From Gammaproteobacteria bacterium (GTDB taxonomy: Bacteria > Pseudomonadota > Gammaproteobacteria > UBA4575): a stretch of DNA of 64,000 nt. This document shows positions 42,104 through 51,059 of the stretch, one piece after another. The first letter of the stretch is position 1; each line of letters opens with the position of its first letter. The translations under genes and the position numbers were made by a program. The DNA lies in contig JAJDYY010000003.1 of assembly GCA_022824965.1 (NCBI GenBank), forward strand, positions 21,753 through 85,752, read 5' to 3'. Below the pieces are notes generated by a model. It was not told the DNA's origin. It made no database searches and was given only the letters and a program-made list of their open reading frames with translations.

Positions 42104-43129
42104 ATGACAGAAAACACCGTACAGACGCGCGATACCCTATCACGACCGGTCCGGGATCTCAGGATCTCGGTGACCGATCGCTGCAATTTCCGTTGCAGCT
42201 ACTGCATGCCCAAGGAAGTGTTCAACAGCCAGTATGAGTTCCTGCGCAGGTCGCAGCTGCTGAGTTTCGAGGAAATCACCCGGGTGGCAAGGATTTTCGC
42301 CTCGCAGGGAGTCCGGAAAATCCGCCTCACAGGAGGTGAGCCGCTGTTGCGCAAGAACCTGGCGGTGCTGATCAAACACTTGGCGAGCATTGATTCCATT
42401 CGGGATATCAGCCTGACGACCAACGGGGCACTGCTCACCAAAGACCGGGCCAGGCAACTCAAGAATGCGGGCTTGAGTCGTATCACGATCAGCCTGGACA
42501 CCCTGGATGCCGAGACCTTCAGGGCGATCAGCAACGCGAATTTCGGTCCGGACCTCGTGCTGCGGGGCATCGATGCAGCTGAGGCAGCGGGACTCGCGCC
42601 GGTCAAAGTCAACATGGTGGTGAAAAAAGGAGCCAATGAAGACTCCATCTTGCCCATGGCCCGGCATTTCCATGGTACCGGGCGGATCGTGCGCTTCATC
42701 GAGTACATGGATGTCGGACACACCAACCAATGGAACCTCGACGAGGTGTATACCGCAGCTGAGATTCTCAGCGACCTTCGCGGGGAGTTCGACCTGGAAC
42801 CGGGCGAGCCCAACTACCGGGGGGAAGTAGCCAGGCGCTGGCGCTACAAGGATGGCGGTGGGGAGGTCGGCATCATTGCCTCGGTGTCACAACCGTTTTG
42901 CCAAGACTGCACACGTGCGCGACTGTCTGCTGAGGGAAAGCTGTATACCTGCCTGTTTGCGACCCAGGGGCATGACCTGCGGCATCTGTTGCGCGAAGGC
43001 GCCGGTGACCAGTATATTGCGGATACAGTCAGGGGGGTCTGGTCAAAGCGCAATGATCGCTATTCGGAAACCCGAACACCGGAATCCCCCTTACTTCCCA
43101 AAATAGAAATGTCGTATATTGGTGGGTAG
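42104..43129 (+). CDS. moaA: GTP 3',8-cyclase
   Basis: CNFRCSYC radical-SAM motif, PFCQDCTRAR...LYTC second cluster and C-terminal SYIGG. Confidence 0.96.
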   Translation: MTENTVQTRDTLSRPVRDLRISVTDRCNFRCSYCMPKEVFNSQYEFLRRSQLLSFEEITRVARIFASQGVRKIRLTGGEPLLRKNLAVLIKHLASIDSIRDISLTTNGALLTKDRARQLKNAGLSRITISLDTLDAETFRAISNANFGPDLVLRGIDAAEAAGLAPVKVNMVVKKGANEDSILPMARHFHGTGRIVRFIEYMDVGHTNQWNLDEVYTAAEILSDLRGEFDLEPGEPNYRGEVARRWRYKDGGGEVGIIASVSQPFCQDCTRARLSAEGKLYTCLFATQGHDLRHLLREGAGDQYIADTVRGVWSKRNDRYSETRTPESPLLPKIEMSYIGG

Positions 43130-43244
43130 TGACCCTTGCATGCGGATCAACTGGACGCTTGGGTGCTGGACTTTGTTCTGGTTTCAAAGGTCAGGATCCG
43201 GCTTGATGGCGAGGTCTCAGTGGATTTCCGGCCGATGCAAACAG

Positions 43245-43318
43245 GGCCAGGTGGCAGAGTGATGATGCAGTGGCATGCAAAACCCTCTATACCGGTTCGA
43301 TTCCGGTCCTGCAGCTTG
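43245..43318 (+). pseudogene. degenerate tRNA-Cys(GCA)
   Basis: Clearly homologous to 52039-52112 with an identical T-arm, but acceptor GGCCAGG/CCTGCAG has 3 mismatches, anticodon stem GTGGC/ACCCT is broken, D-loop GG is GA, and there is no CCA. Confidence 0.85.
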
Positions 43319-43321
43319 CCA

Positions 43322-43409
43322 GCCCGGGTGGCGGAATTGGTAGACGCAAGGGACTTAAAATCCCTCGCCCATACAGGGTATGCCGGTTCGACTCCGGCCC
43401 CGGGCACCA
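43322..43409 (+). tRNA. tRNA-Leu(TAA)
   Basis: GCCCGGG/CCCGGGC acceptor, AGGGA-CTTAAAA-TCCCT anticodon arm, long variable arm, A73 and encoded CCA. Confidence 0.95.
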
Positions 43410-43530
43410 TTATTTGAACCATCCGATGACATCCGAAAACGTACACATAATAAAATAAGGGAATTGTGGACAACTTTCCACCTGTAAAGGTTCAGATACC
43501 TCTGGCACTTTTACGGTGATCGAATGAGGG

Positions 43531-43563
43531 GGTGCAGAGAGCGGCGTGGCCGCTCTCTGCACC
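43531..43563. other. perfect 15-bp hairpin downstream of tRNA-Leu
   Basis: GGTGCAGAGAGCGGC-GTG-GCCGCTCTCTGCACC; no U-tract on either side. Confidence 0.8.
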
Positions 43564-43674
43564 GGATCGGGTATCCTCCAGTGAACCAGCAAAGCCACTG
43601 GAACAGGAGACCCGAGCCTGCATATTGAATCGCTACGCATTCGATCCTGCAAGAGCTTCAGGGTAGACCCGCAG

Positions 43675-44181
43675 GTGCCGGCGTCTGTGAAGCTGCGCCT
43701 GAAGAAGCTGGAGGGCTTCGCGCGGCTTCGCGCCGCGGGCTGCAGCGAGGCCGGCGCCCTGGAGCAACTGGAGATCAGCCGGCGCACGCTGTATCGCTGG
43801 AAGGCCGCACTGGCCGGAGGCGGCCTGCAGGCCCTGGCGTTCCCGCTGCGCTCGGTCCAGGTGGACGGCACCAGCGAGTTCATGGCGGACTTCGAACAGG
43901 CCTGTCAGGACCTCAACCTCGCCCTGTATGTGCTGGTGCCCAGGCGCCCCCAGTACAAGGGCTGCGTGGAACGCACCAACCGCAGCGCCCGCATCGAGTT
44001 CCGGAGCCTGTACGACGGCCCCCTGCGCGTCGAACCGGTGCAGGCCGCACTGGCCGACGATGCGTTCTTCTATCACTACCAGCGACCGCATGCCGCACTC
44101 GACGATCCAACCCCCAACGAGTACCTTGTCCAGCTGGAGGCCGCCTGATCCCAGCAGTGCCATAGGTGCTGAACCCATATA
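43675..44181 (+). mobile_element. IS481-family transposase remnant with in-frame internal deletion, plus its right end
   Basis: HTH (ISRRTLYRWK...GLQAL) fused directly to the distal integrase core (FPLRSVQVDGTSEFM...GCVERTNR...RPHAAL); the central region including the first catalytic Asp is missing. Confidence 0.82.
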
Positions 44182-44192
44182 TGCCCCTTGAA

Positions 44193-44203
44193 GGGGGGGG
44201 GGG
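44193..44203 (+). repeat. G11 homopolymer upstream of the secreted hypothetical gene
   Basis: aaGGGGGGGGGGGattggca, ~50 bp upstream of the ATG at 44256. Confidence 0.85.
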
Positions 44204-44255
44204 ATTGGCATATACTTGGTTACAGGCGGTAACTATACCTAGAGAGGATACCACC

Positions 44256-44873
44256 ATGGGCAAACAAATTGTTTCAAGGATGTCCCTGTGTTCAGCAGAA
44301 GGCCTGCATTGTCAGGCAGTTGAAAGATTGGCTGATACTGAAAATCATTGTGTCCGAAGGATTACCGGGATACTGTGGGCCGCAGTCCTTGCCATATTCC
44401 TTTTCATTTCTGATGAGGCTTTCGCGTATGAGCAGTTCCGTGTAGGGGAAAATGAGTGGAAGAAGGTATCGTTCAGCCTGCCAAGCTATCCGCATGAGGC
44501 AAGACGATTTAAAAATGCGGGCTATGATGGTGTGAGATACAGTGTATGCTTGTCGGACGGGACTGCAACAGGGGTCGACTGGTCAGTCGTAGGATCAAAC
44601 ATTAGAGACTACTCCCGCTTGGAGGGCAAGGACTACGTAAGCGGATGCGGGTTTGTTTACACGGCAAAGAGCCGAGGCAGGTTCTCCAAGTGGTTTGAAT
44701 TTTATACGACTCCCCTCGATGACGCGGAAAAGGAAGGTGATGAATATTATTGGTTCTATTTCTCAAATCCCGAGGTGAAGCGGGCCGGGAGCAGTACATG
44801 GGAAAGCCACAGCGGGAGCCATCATGTACCGGCAACTATACGGGTACAGATTATCATTGAGGATAACGACTAG
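44256..44873 (+). CDS. hypothetical secreted protein
   Basis: RBS AGAGGA; hydrophobic stretch ending in AFA (signal peptidase I-like site); aromatic-rich mature domain with no family recognised. Confidence 0.7.
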   Translation: MGKQIVSRMSLCSAEGLHCQAVERLADTENHCVRRITGILWAAVLAIFLFISDEAFAYEQFRVGENEWKKVSFSLPSYPHEARRFKNAGYDGVRYSVCLSDGTATGVDWSVVGSNIRDYSRLEGKDYVSGCGFVYTAKSRGRFSKWFEFYTTPLDDAEKEGDEYYWFYFSNPEVKRAGSSTWESHSGSHHVPATIRVQIIIEDND

Positions 44874-45171
44874 GCTAACCACCCGGATGCTGCGGCCAGT
44901 GCACATTCTCTAGGGAGTCTACGCATGGAACTCAACGCGGCTAGTTCGAACAGATTGCGCCCTTGCTGCCCCGCCAGCGGGGCAATACTCATCTGTGGGG
45001 TCAGTTCCTTGGCAGTGAGGATATCAGGACCAGCCTTAAGGAGAGAACCATCATGAATGAACAAATTATCTCAAATCTCCCTCCCCATGTTCAGCACATC
45101 GTCAGGTAACTGGCAAGTCGCCGTGTGCTAAGGAGGGTGTAAACTGTGCTGCCCACCGGGTGTGTACTGTC

Positions 45172-46398
45172 TTATTCGCCCTGGAGCCCCGCAATCGGAT
45201 CAAGCCGTGAGGCTTGGTGCGCGGGCTGGAACCCGAAAAACAGCCCGACTGCGACAGCGGTGCCAAAACCGCTGGTCACGGATACCCCCGAAATGAGGAA
45301 GTTCCAGCCGGTGAATTGGCAGATTCCCCAAGTTACCACTAAGCCTAGCAGAATTCCGAGTACGCCACCTGCCATCGTCAGGATCAGGGATTCAATCAAG
45401 AACTGGCTCTGAATATCCTCGCGCTGGGCACCAAGAGCCCGGCGGATGGCAATTTCCCGGCGACGTTCTGCTACGGAAACGAGCATGATATTCATGATGC
45501 CGATCCCGCCGACAATCAGCGAGATGCTACCTACTGCCCCCAGCAGCAGGGTGAAAATACCCATCTGCGCCTCCATCTGTGCGATCAACTCCTTGGCAGA
45601 GAGAATGTCGAGACTTACCTGGGGAGAGCGGTCCTGAAAGAATGACTGGACATCTGCGACCGCCGCTGTGTGGTGGATGCCAGCGCGTGACCGGGCAATA
45701 ACGATGTCAATGTTTGCAGGAATGATGGCCCGTCTCGCGGTGGTGATGGGCACGAAAACTGCATTATTTGCCTCCACCTGGATCGGCAGTGCGTAGTTCT
45801 CAGTCGTGTGATTGAGCACGCCCACGACAGTGAACAACAGCCCGTTCACTTCAATGATCTGGCCTATCGGCTGGGTCTCTCCATTTTGACGCATCTTGTC
45901 TGCGATGCTGGCACCGATGACACAGAAAGAGCGATCGACATCGAGATCGGAAATGAATCTCCCTTCCCGAAGGGATAGCCGGTTTACAGCAGCGAACGAT
46001 TCAGTAACGCCCTGGATGCTGCCCCGCCCGACCTCTTTTCCAGCATGCCAGGACTCTCCATGGCTCTGGATCCTGGGTGCTGCCTCGGCAATCGACGGCA
46101 CTGCCGCTGCCAGTTCTGTCGCATCTTTTAGACTAATCTCAGTGGCATCCGAATTCATGAACTGGGGCGCTGTCCGGATCAGCATGACATCTGTACCCAG
46201 GGCTTCGAATTCCTTGCGGGCCTGCTCCCTGGCGATTTCTCCAAGCGAAACCATGGCAATGACTGAGGAAATACCAATCATGATGCCGATCAGGCCGAGA
46301 ATTGTGCGCAATCGTGCCCTGCGCAGGCTGCTGACTGCCTCCCGGGCATTGGCAGCCAGCACCGGGAGAAGCCTAGATCTAGCTATGAAATCTGTCAT
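45172..46398 (-). CDS. MacB/FtsX-type ABC transporter permease
   Basis: RTILGLIGIMIGISSVIAM, large periplasmic domain, VGGIGIMNIMLVSVAERRREIAIRRALGA and PAHQASRLDPI. Confidence 0.92.
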   Translation of the reverse strand: MTDFIARSRLLPVLAANAREAVSSLRRARLRTILGLIGIMIGISSVIAMVSLGEIAREQARKEFEALGTDVMLIRTAPQFMNSDATEISLKDATELAAAVPSIAEAAPRIQSHGESWHAGKEVGRGSIQGVTESFAAVNRLSLREGRFISDLDVDRSFCVIGASIADKMRQNGETQPIGQIIEVNGLLFTVVGVLNHTTENYALPIQVEANNAVFVPITTARRAIIPANIDIVIARSRAGIHHTAAVADVQSFFQDRSPQVSLDILSAKELIAQMEAQMGIFTLLLGAVGSISLIVGGIGIMNIMLVSVAERRREIAIRRALGAQREDIQSQFLIESLILTMAGGVLGILLGLVVTWGICQFTGWNFLISGVSVTSGFGTAVAVGLFFGFQPAHQASRLDPIAGLQGE

Positions 46399-47141
46399 CT
46401 TGGCAGGATTCCCTCTGGAGCATCTTCCGGTAAAGTTGCACCGGGGTCCTGTTCCTTCACCTCGAGGAGTTTTCCATCCCGAAGATGCAACTGTCGTATA
46501 CATTGGCGTGCAACCAGCGGGTCATGCGTGATGATCAGGATCGTGATCCCCTGTTCTGCATTCAGTTGCAGGAGCAGGTTCATTACTTCCCGGGCTGTCT
46601 CGGAGTCCAGCGCACCGGTCGGTTCATCGGCCAGCAAGAGTTCGGGTTCTCCTACCAGTGCCCGGGCAATAGCGACCCTTTGTTTCTGCCCACCAGAGAG
46701 CTGGCTCGGACGATGATTCATACGGTCGCTCATGCCGACCTGTTCCAGAAGTGCGCCTGCCCGGCGCTTCATCTCCGGGCTTCTGATACCCCGGTAGACC
46801 AGCGGTAGACAGACGTTCTCAAGGGCAGTCAGGTTTGCCAGCAGGTTGAAAGACTGAAATACGAACCCGATGTGCTGGTTCCGCAAGGCTGACAGGACGC
46901 TGTCATCGAGCTTGGAAACATCGCGCCCGTTGAGACAGCAGCTGCCCGAAGTCGGGCGGTCCAGCAGACCAATGATGTGCATGAGCGTGGACTTGCCGCT
47001 TCCCGAGGGCCCCATGACTGACAGCAGGTCACCTGCCTTGACCTCCAGGTCAATTTCTTGCAGGACCTCTGTGGTGACCGGCCCAATCGCATAGGACTTC
47101 TGGAGGCTTGCCAGGCGCAGCACGCACGGCTGGGCCGTCAT
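46395..47141 (-). CDS. MacB/LolD-type ABC ATP-binding protein
   Basis: GPSGSGKST, LSGGQKQRVAIARAL, LLADEPTGALD and ITHD. Confidence 0.94.
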   Translation of the reverse strand: MTAQPCVLRLASLQKSYAIGPVTTEVLQEIDLEVKAGDLLSVMGPSGSGKSTLMHIIGLLDRPTSGSCCLNGRDVSKLDDSVLSALRNQHIGFVFQSFNLLANLTALENVCLPLVYRGIRSPEMKRRAGALLEQVGMSDRMNHRPSQLSGGQKQRVAIARALVGEPELLLADEPTGALDSETAREVMNLLLQLNAEQGITILIITHDPLVARQCIRQLHLRDGKLLEVKEQDPGATLPEDAPEGILPR

Positions 47142-47208
47142 GCCGGGATCCCCACTGCCCACAGCGACAGTCCCTTACGGGGCTGGCTTGCATGATGCTG
47201 ACAGCCCT

Positions 47209-49044
47209 TCATGGAAGAACGATAGTTTCACCGAAGGAGAGCCCCGTCACGACCTCGACAGACTCCAGCGTAGTGAGGCCAAGCTCGACAGCGCGACGCT
47301 CTATTGCCTCGGTCTCCGGGTCAATGACGTGAATCCAGGCTTGGTCTGCCGATTGTTCCACTGCATGGATCGGAACCAGTACCGCCTCTGACTGGCTGTA
47401 CACGACGATCGTAACATGTGCAGACATTCCAACCCTTAGTCGGTCCAGGGCTTCTGCCGACAGCTTGTCCAGGGTCACGACGATCTCGAATTGCGGGGCA
47501 CTGCGCATCCCCGTACTTGCATTGGCCCGCGAGGAAACGCGAGTAACCGATCCCTCGAGCCTCAGATCAGGAAACCCGGGTCCCGTAATCCAGGCCTGCT
47601 GGCCAACCCGGACTTTTCTTACATCTGCCTCATCAATCTGGGTAGAAACCGAGACACTGCTGAAATCAGCAATTTGCAGCAGCAGCTCTCCCTGCGAGAG
47701 TGACCGGCCCCGTGCCAGAGGTTTTTGCCCGGACTCACCCGCAGTCGCCAGAACAACTCCAGAAATCGGTGCTCGAATCCGGGTCTGATCGAGCTTCGTC
47801 GCGTATGTGTGCAGCCGGTCTTGAGCATTCTGCGCTTCCAGTTCTGCGATTTGCTTTTCCTCCGGGCTGCCCTGTGCCTGGACGGTTACCAATTCCCGCT
47901 CAGCCTCCTCAAAATCCAGTTGCCGACTCTCACGCTGGCGCTGTGCCTCTTCATGCTCTGAAGCAGGGATAATCCCCTGCTTCAGCAGAAAAACGATCCG
48001 CTTGAAGTTCCGATCGGCATCATCAAGCCCCATTTTTGCCCGGCGCAGGGCCCGCCGTGCACGCGCCATTTCCGTACTGTTTTCCCAGTCTTCAATCTCG
48101 GCCAGCCGGTCACGGGCCTTGATATACTCAATTCTGGCCTGCCGGTGTTCCGCAGTGAGCCGACCGGTATCAAGGTCCACGAGCAAATCACCCTTTGTTA
48201 CCTGTTGCCCGAGAGCCGTATGTACCGCACTTACATGACTTTCGATTGGGCTGACAACCTCTACGACACGTCCCGGGACCAGATGTCCGCGCAGTGAAAT
48301 TGTGGAATCAAAGGCTCCAGCCTCCAAAGTCATCGTTTGCATGGTCCCCGGGGAACCTGGAAATCCTGGAAATCCTGGAAATCCTGGGAATCCCGGGACC
48401 CCTGGGTCCCCAACGATGAAGCCAGGAGCTAATTCCGGAGGAGGCTCCGGGTCAAGAGAATCCAGTGGTTGGATGTACCAGGTCCCGAAGGCAAGAAACA
48501 GGCTCAGGACAAAGACTACTGCGAGACTGCGTGCCGTCTGGATCTTCTTTGTCATCTGGGAGAGTGCCTCGTTACGGGTCTCGAGGTCACGGTATGCGGT
48601 TTGAAGCTCACCCAACTGCTTTTCAATGACCTTTTTCATGCGCAGCTCGGCTTCGTGCAGGTCCCGGATTTCAGTGATATCGGACACGACAGCGATCACG
48701 GCATCCCGCCTCTTTTCCCCACCGTGGACCGTAGTCAGATATGAAGTCACTACCGACAGGGAGCGGAGCTCTTCTCCGATGCGGACGCGGGCAATCTGCC
48801 GTTTGCCGTCTCCCTGCTCCATGATTACATCGAGAACAATCTGGACAAACTCGTCGAATTCTTCGAATGCAATGAAGAGTTCTCCAAAAAGATGGCCTGT
48901 TACCTCCTCGGGAGCGAGATCAAACATCTGGCAAAAAGCGGTGTTGGCGATCCGGACAGATCCGTCAAAATCAATGACCATCACGCCATCAGACAAGCTC
49001 TCGAGAAGAGTCTGGTAAAGATCCGGGTTGTGATCTTGTTTCAC
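47209..49044 (-). CDS. PAS-domain-fused periplasmic adaptor (membrane fusion protein, MacA/HlyD-like)
   Basis: Residues 1-125 PAS (LLESLSDGVMVIDFDG.V..AN.AF..MF...VVSDITE), then coiled coil, one TM helix, and lipoyl-hairpin-barrel MFP (GQQVTKGDLL, IRAPISGVV, IDEADV.KVRVGQ). Confidence 0.85.
   Translation of the reverse strand: MKQDHNPDLYQTLLESLSDGVMVIDFDGSVRIANTAFCQMFDLAPEEVTGHLFGELFIAFEEFDEFVQIVLDVIMEQGDGKRQIARVRIGEELRSLSVVTSYLTTVHGGEKRRDAVIAVVSDITEIRDLHEAELRMKKVIEKQLGELQTAYRDLETRNEALSQMTKKIQTARSLAVVFVLSLFLAFGTWYIQPLDSLDPEPPPELAPGFIVGDPGVPGFPGFPGFPGFPGSPGTMQTMTLEAGAFDSTISLRGHLVPGRVVEVVSPIESHVSAVHTALGQQVTKGDLLVDLDTGRLTAEHRQARIEYIKARDRLAEIEDWENSTEMARARRALRRAKMGLDDADRNFKRIVFLLKQGIIPASEHEEAQRQRESRQLDFEEAERELVTVQAQGSPEEKQIAELEAQNAQDRLHTYATKLDQTRIRAPISGVVLATAGESGQKPLARGRSLSQGELLLQIADFSSVSVSTQIDEADVRKVRVGQQAWITGPGFPDLRLEGSVTRVSSRANASTGMRSAPQFEIVVTLDKLSAEALDRLRVGMSAHVTIVVYSQSEAVLVPIHAVEQSADQAWIHVIDPETEAIERRAVELGLTTLESVEVVTGLSFGETIVLP
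48346..48411 (-). repeat. Gly-X-Pro repeat (GDPGVPGFPGFPGFPGFPGSPG) with three exact 9-bp units
   Basis: cctggaaat x3 plus cctgggaat on the + strand at 48356-48391. Confidence 0.9.
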
Positions 49045-50468
49045 TGGAATTCTTCCTCGATCCGGATGCCCCAGAGATCAAGTGTTCGACCCGAGCTCTG
49101 GTCAAGCCGTGTCCGTGCCTCCAGGTAATTGATGATCGTATCAACCTCAGACTGTTCAGCGTTGACCAGCGCGTCTTCAGCAGCTGACACCTCGAAAGAA
49201 GAGGCCAGGCCCTGGCCGAACTTTTTCTTTTCAATCACCAGGTTTTCTGCAGCCAGCTCGCGTGCATCGCGGGCCATCTCGATCAGGCGAAGTCCAACTT
49301 CGACATCGTTAACAGCCCGGCGGATTTCAATACCAATCGACTCGCGCAACTCGGCCAGGCCTCTTCGAGCTTGGCGTAACCTGTTTCCGGCTGACAGGCG
49401 GTTGAGGTTATCTGTCCGGTCGGTCAGGGGAAAGGTGGCGTCCATCTGTACCCGGGTGTCTGTGTCCCCACTGTCATCACGGTTCCAGGAAACTCCCAGT
49501 GACAGGTCCGGCAGCAAGTCATTTTGTGCCACCTCCACGGCGATCTGGGCAAGATCGATTTGCAGTTGGGCTTGGAGGAAGTCAGGGCGACGACGCAACA
49601 CTTCTTCAAGCACGGGGTTCTGGTCCCCTTGTCGATATTTCACTTCTAGCTCATCCAAGGGTTGAATCTGGATTGTACTGTCCAGTTCCAGGATACCGAT
49701 CAGATTGAAGTTCGCAATGTCCAGGCGATTGCGTGCCTGGGTTAGTGCCAGCTCGCGGTTGGCGACAGTTGCTTCGGAGCGTACAGCTTCCCTTTGTGCC
49801 ACGCGCCCTGCGTAAATCAGGGCCTGGGTTGCTTTTAACTGTTCCCGTGCGCGGCGCAGCGATGCCTCTCCGATCTCTACCTGCTGAGCCGCTGCAATCA
49901 GTGCCCGGTATGATCCGGACACCTGGACGATCAGATCCTCCACTGCCTTGCGCAGGGAGAGGATATGAATCTGGTCCTGGATCTGGTCTTGACGGAATGA
50001 TGCTGTCTCGATACCTGTCCAAGCCCCTTTCAGCAGTGGCTGGGAGAAGCTTAGGGTCTGCGATCCGGAGTCCTCGAACTTGTCGGAGAGGGTTTCCTCC
50101 CACCGCAAAACAAATTGGCCACCAGTATGGACGCGCAAGTTTGTCTCGGCACCTACTCCCGCCTTGCGGTCCTGTCGATCTGTGCTGGCAAAAGGCTGCA
50201 CGGTGAACTGGGGAACCCATCGGTCGCCAGCGACATCAAGGGCAAATTTCTGTACCTCCCGGTCAGAACGCTGGTTGATGAGTGGTCGATTGTACTCCAG
50301 CGCACGCTTGACTGCGTCTTTCAGTGTCAGCTTGAGTGTGCTGGAAGGCAGGACAGAGGGCGAGCTTGCCAACACAGACACTGGGGCAAACAAGAAAACC
50401 ATAGCCCAGAGGCAGACAAAAAACGACCTGACCCTGAACATCTGCTCCAAGCTACTCTCTTTCAACAC
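49041..50468 (-). CDS. TolC-family outer membrane efflux protein
   Basis: Signal peptide, LTLKDAVKRALEYN, SQPLLKG, LPDLSL and helical repeats; first gene of the exporter operon. Confidence 0.85.
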   Translation of the reverse strand: MLKESSLEQMFRVRSFFVCLWAMVFLFAPVSVLASSPSVLPSSTLKLTLKDAVKRALEYNRPLINQRSDREVQKFALDVAGDRWVPQFTVQPFASTDRQDRKAGVGAETNLRVHTGGQFVLRWEETLSDKFEDSGSQTLSFSQPLLKGAWTGIETASFRQDQIQDQIHILSLRKAVEDLIVQVSGSYRALIAAAQQVEIGEASLRRAREQLKATQALIYAGRVAQREAVRSEATVANRELALTQARNRLDIANFNLIGILELDSTIQIQPLDELEVKYRQGDQNPVLEEVLRRRPDFLQAQLQIDLAQIAVEVAQNDLLPDLSLGVSWNRDDSGDTDTRVQMDATFPLTDRTDNLNRLSAGNRLRQARRGLAELRESIGIEIRRAVNDVEVGLRLIEMARDARELAAENLVIEKKKFGQGLASSFEVSAAEDALVNAEQSEVDTIINYLEARTRLDQSSGRTLDLWGIRIEEEFQ

Positions 50469-50635
50469 CAGTTGGTCAAGTGATTCACCGCCACTCGCTG
50501 CTGCGCAGTTGCCATTTCCCTTGCATCAGATCATCCAAACCCGTCTTTACTTCAGGTTGTCGTTACAGTTGCAGTCAGCGCAACCACAGGCCTGATCTTA
50601 TACTCATCATGCTTCTTCTGTAGCTTGGGAACAGC

Positions 50636-50666
50636 AAGTAGTACAGCCAATAGGGCTGTACTACTT
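50636..50666. promoter_or_regulatory. 13-bp perfect inverted repeat upstream of the TolC operon (operator or terminator candidate)
   Basis: AAGTAGTACAGCC-AATAG-GGCTGTACTACTT. Confidence 0.55.
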
Positions 50667-51059
50667 CCAGTTGGCACCACGTCACTGAGCCTGATATTAG
50701 CATTTAACCAACACCAAGTTTAGAGATAGGCCGAGTTTTGGAAGATTGTGGATGCACGATTTCTGATGGCAGCAGAAAGAGTGAAGAATGTGCGAGACTG
50801 GTTGGAAGTCTGACTGCCACTGATTCCATCATCCATAACAGACATCCAGACCCTGTACCTTGATACTCCGCTACCCCACCGCCCACTTCACCATCACTTT
50901 GGGATTGGATAACGCTGATGTAAAAACTCAAGGGCCTTGGAGTACTACACGAGCTTTCAAAATACCAGTATCCCAACAAGGTCCAGCCCCTGGGACCCGG
51001 ATGCTGTCTGCATGCGGGCAGTTGCCCGCATGCCTTGAGTCCTGTCTGCTGATCCTGCC

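Larger units (their letters stand above)
42788..43409 (+). repeat. left copy of a diverged direct duplication (moaA 3' end + tRNA-Cys + tRNA-Leu)
   Basis: Collinear with 51584-52219 in both the MoaA C-terminal translation and the tRNA sequences. Confidence 0.9.

Noticed and set aside
43136-43473. ORFs of 93 and 108 aa overlapping the tRNA pair (also 350-613, 13349-13663, 51932-52243)
   Set aside because: Spurious frames across tRNA genes.
44874-45064. Minus-strand 64-aa ORF with faint resemblance to a transposase C-terminus (QQGRNLFE)
   Set aside because: Similarity too weak to assign by eye.
45053-45109. 18-codon ORF (MNEQIISNLPPHVQHIVR) with a strong AAGGAG RBS
   Set aside because: Too short to support without conservation or expression data; probably a gene remnant in a decayed interval.
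50704-51059. Possible antitoxin- or regulator-like remnant upstream of the TolC operon
   Set aside because: No convincing motif in any frame; treated as degenerate non-coding DNA.
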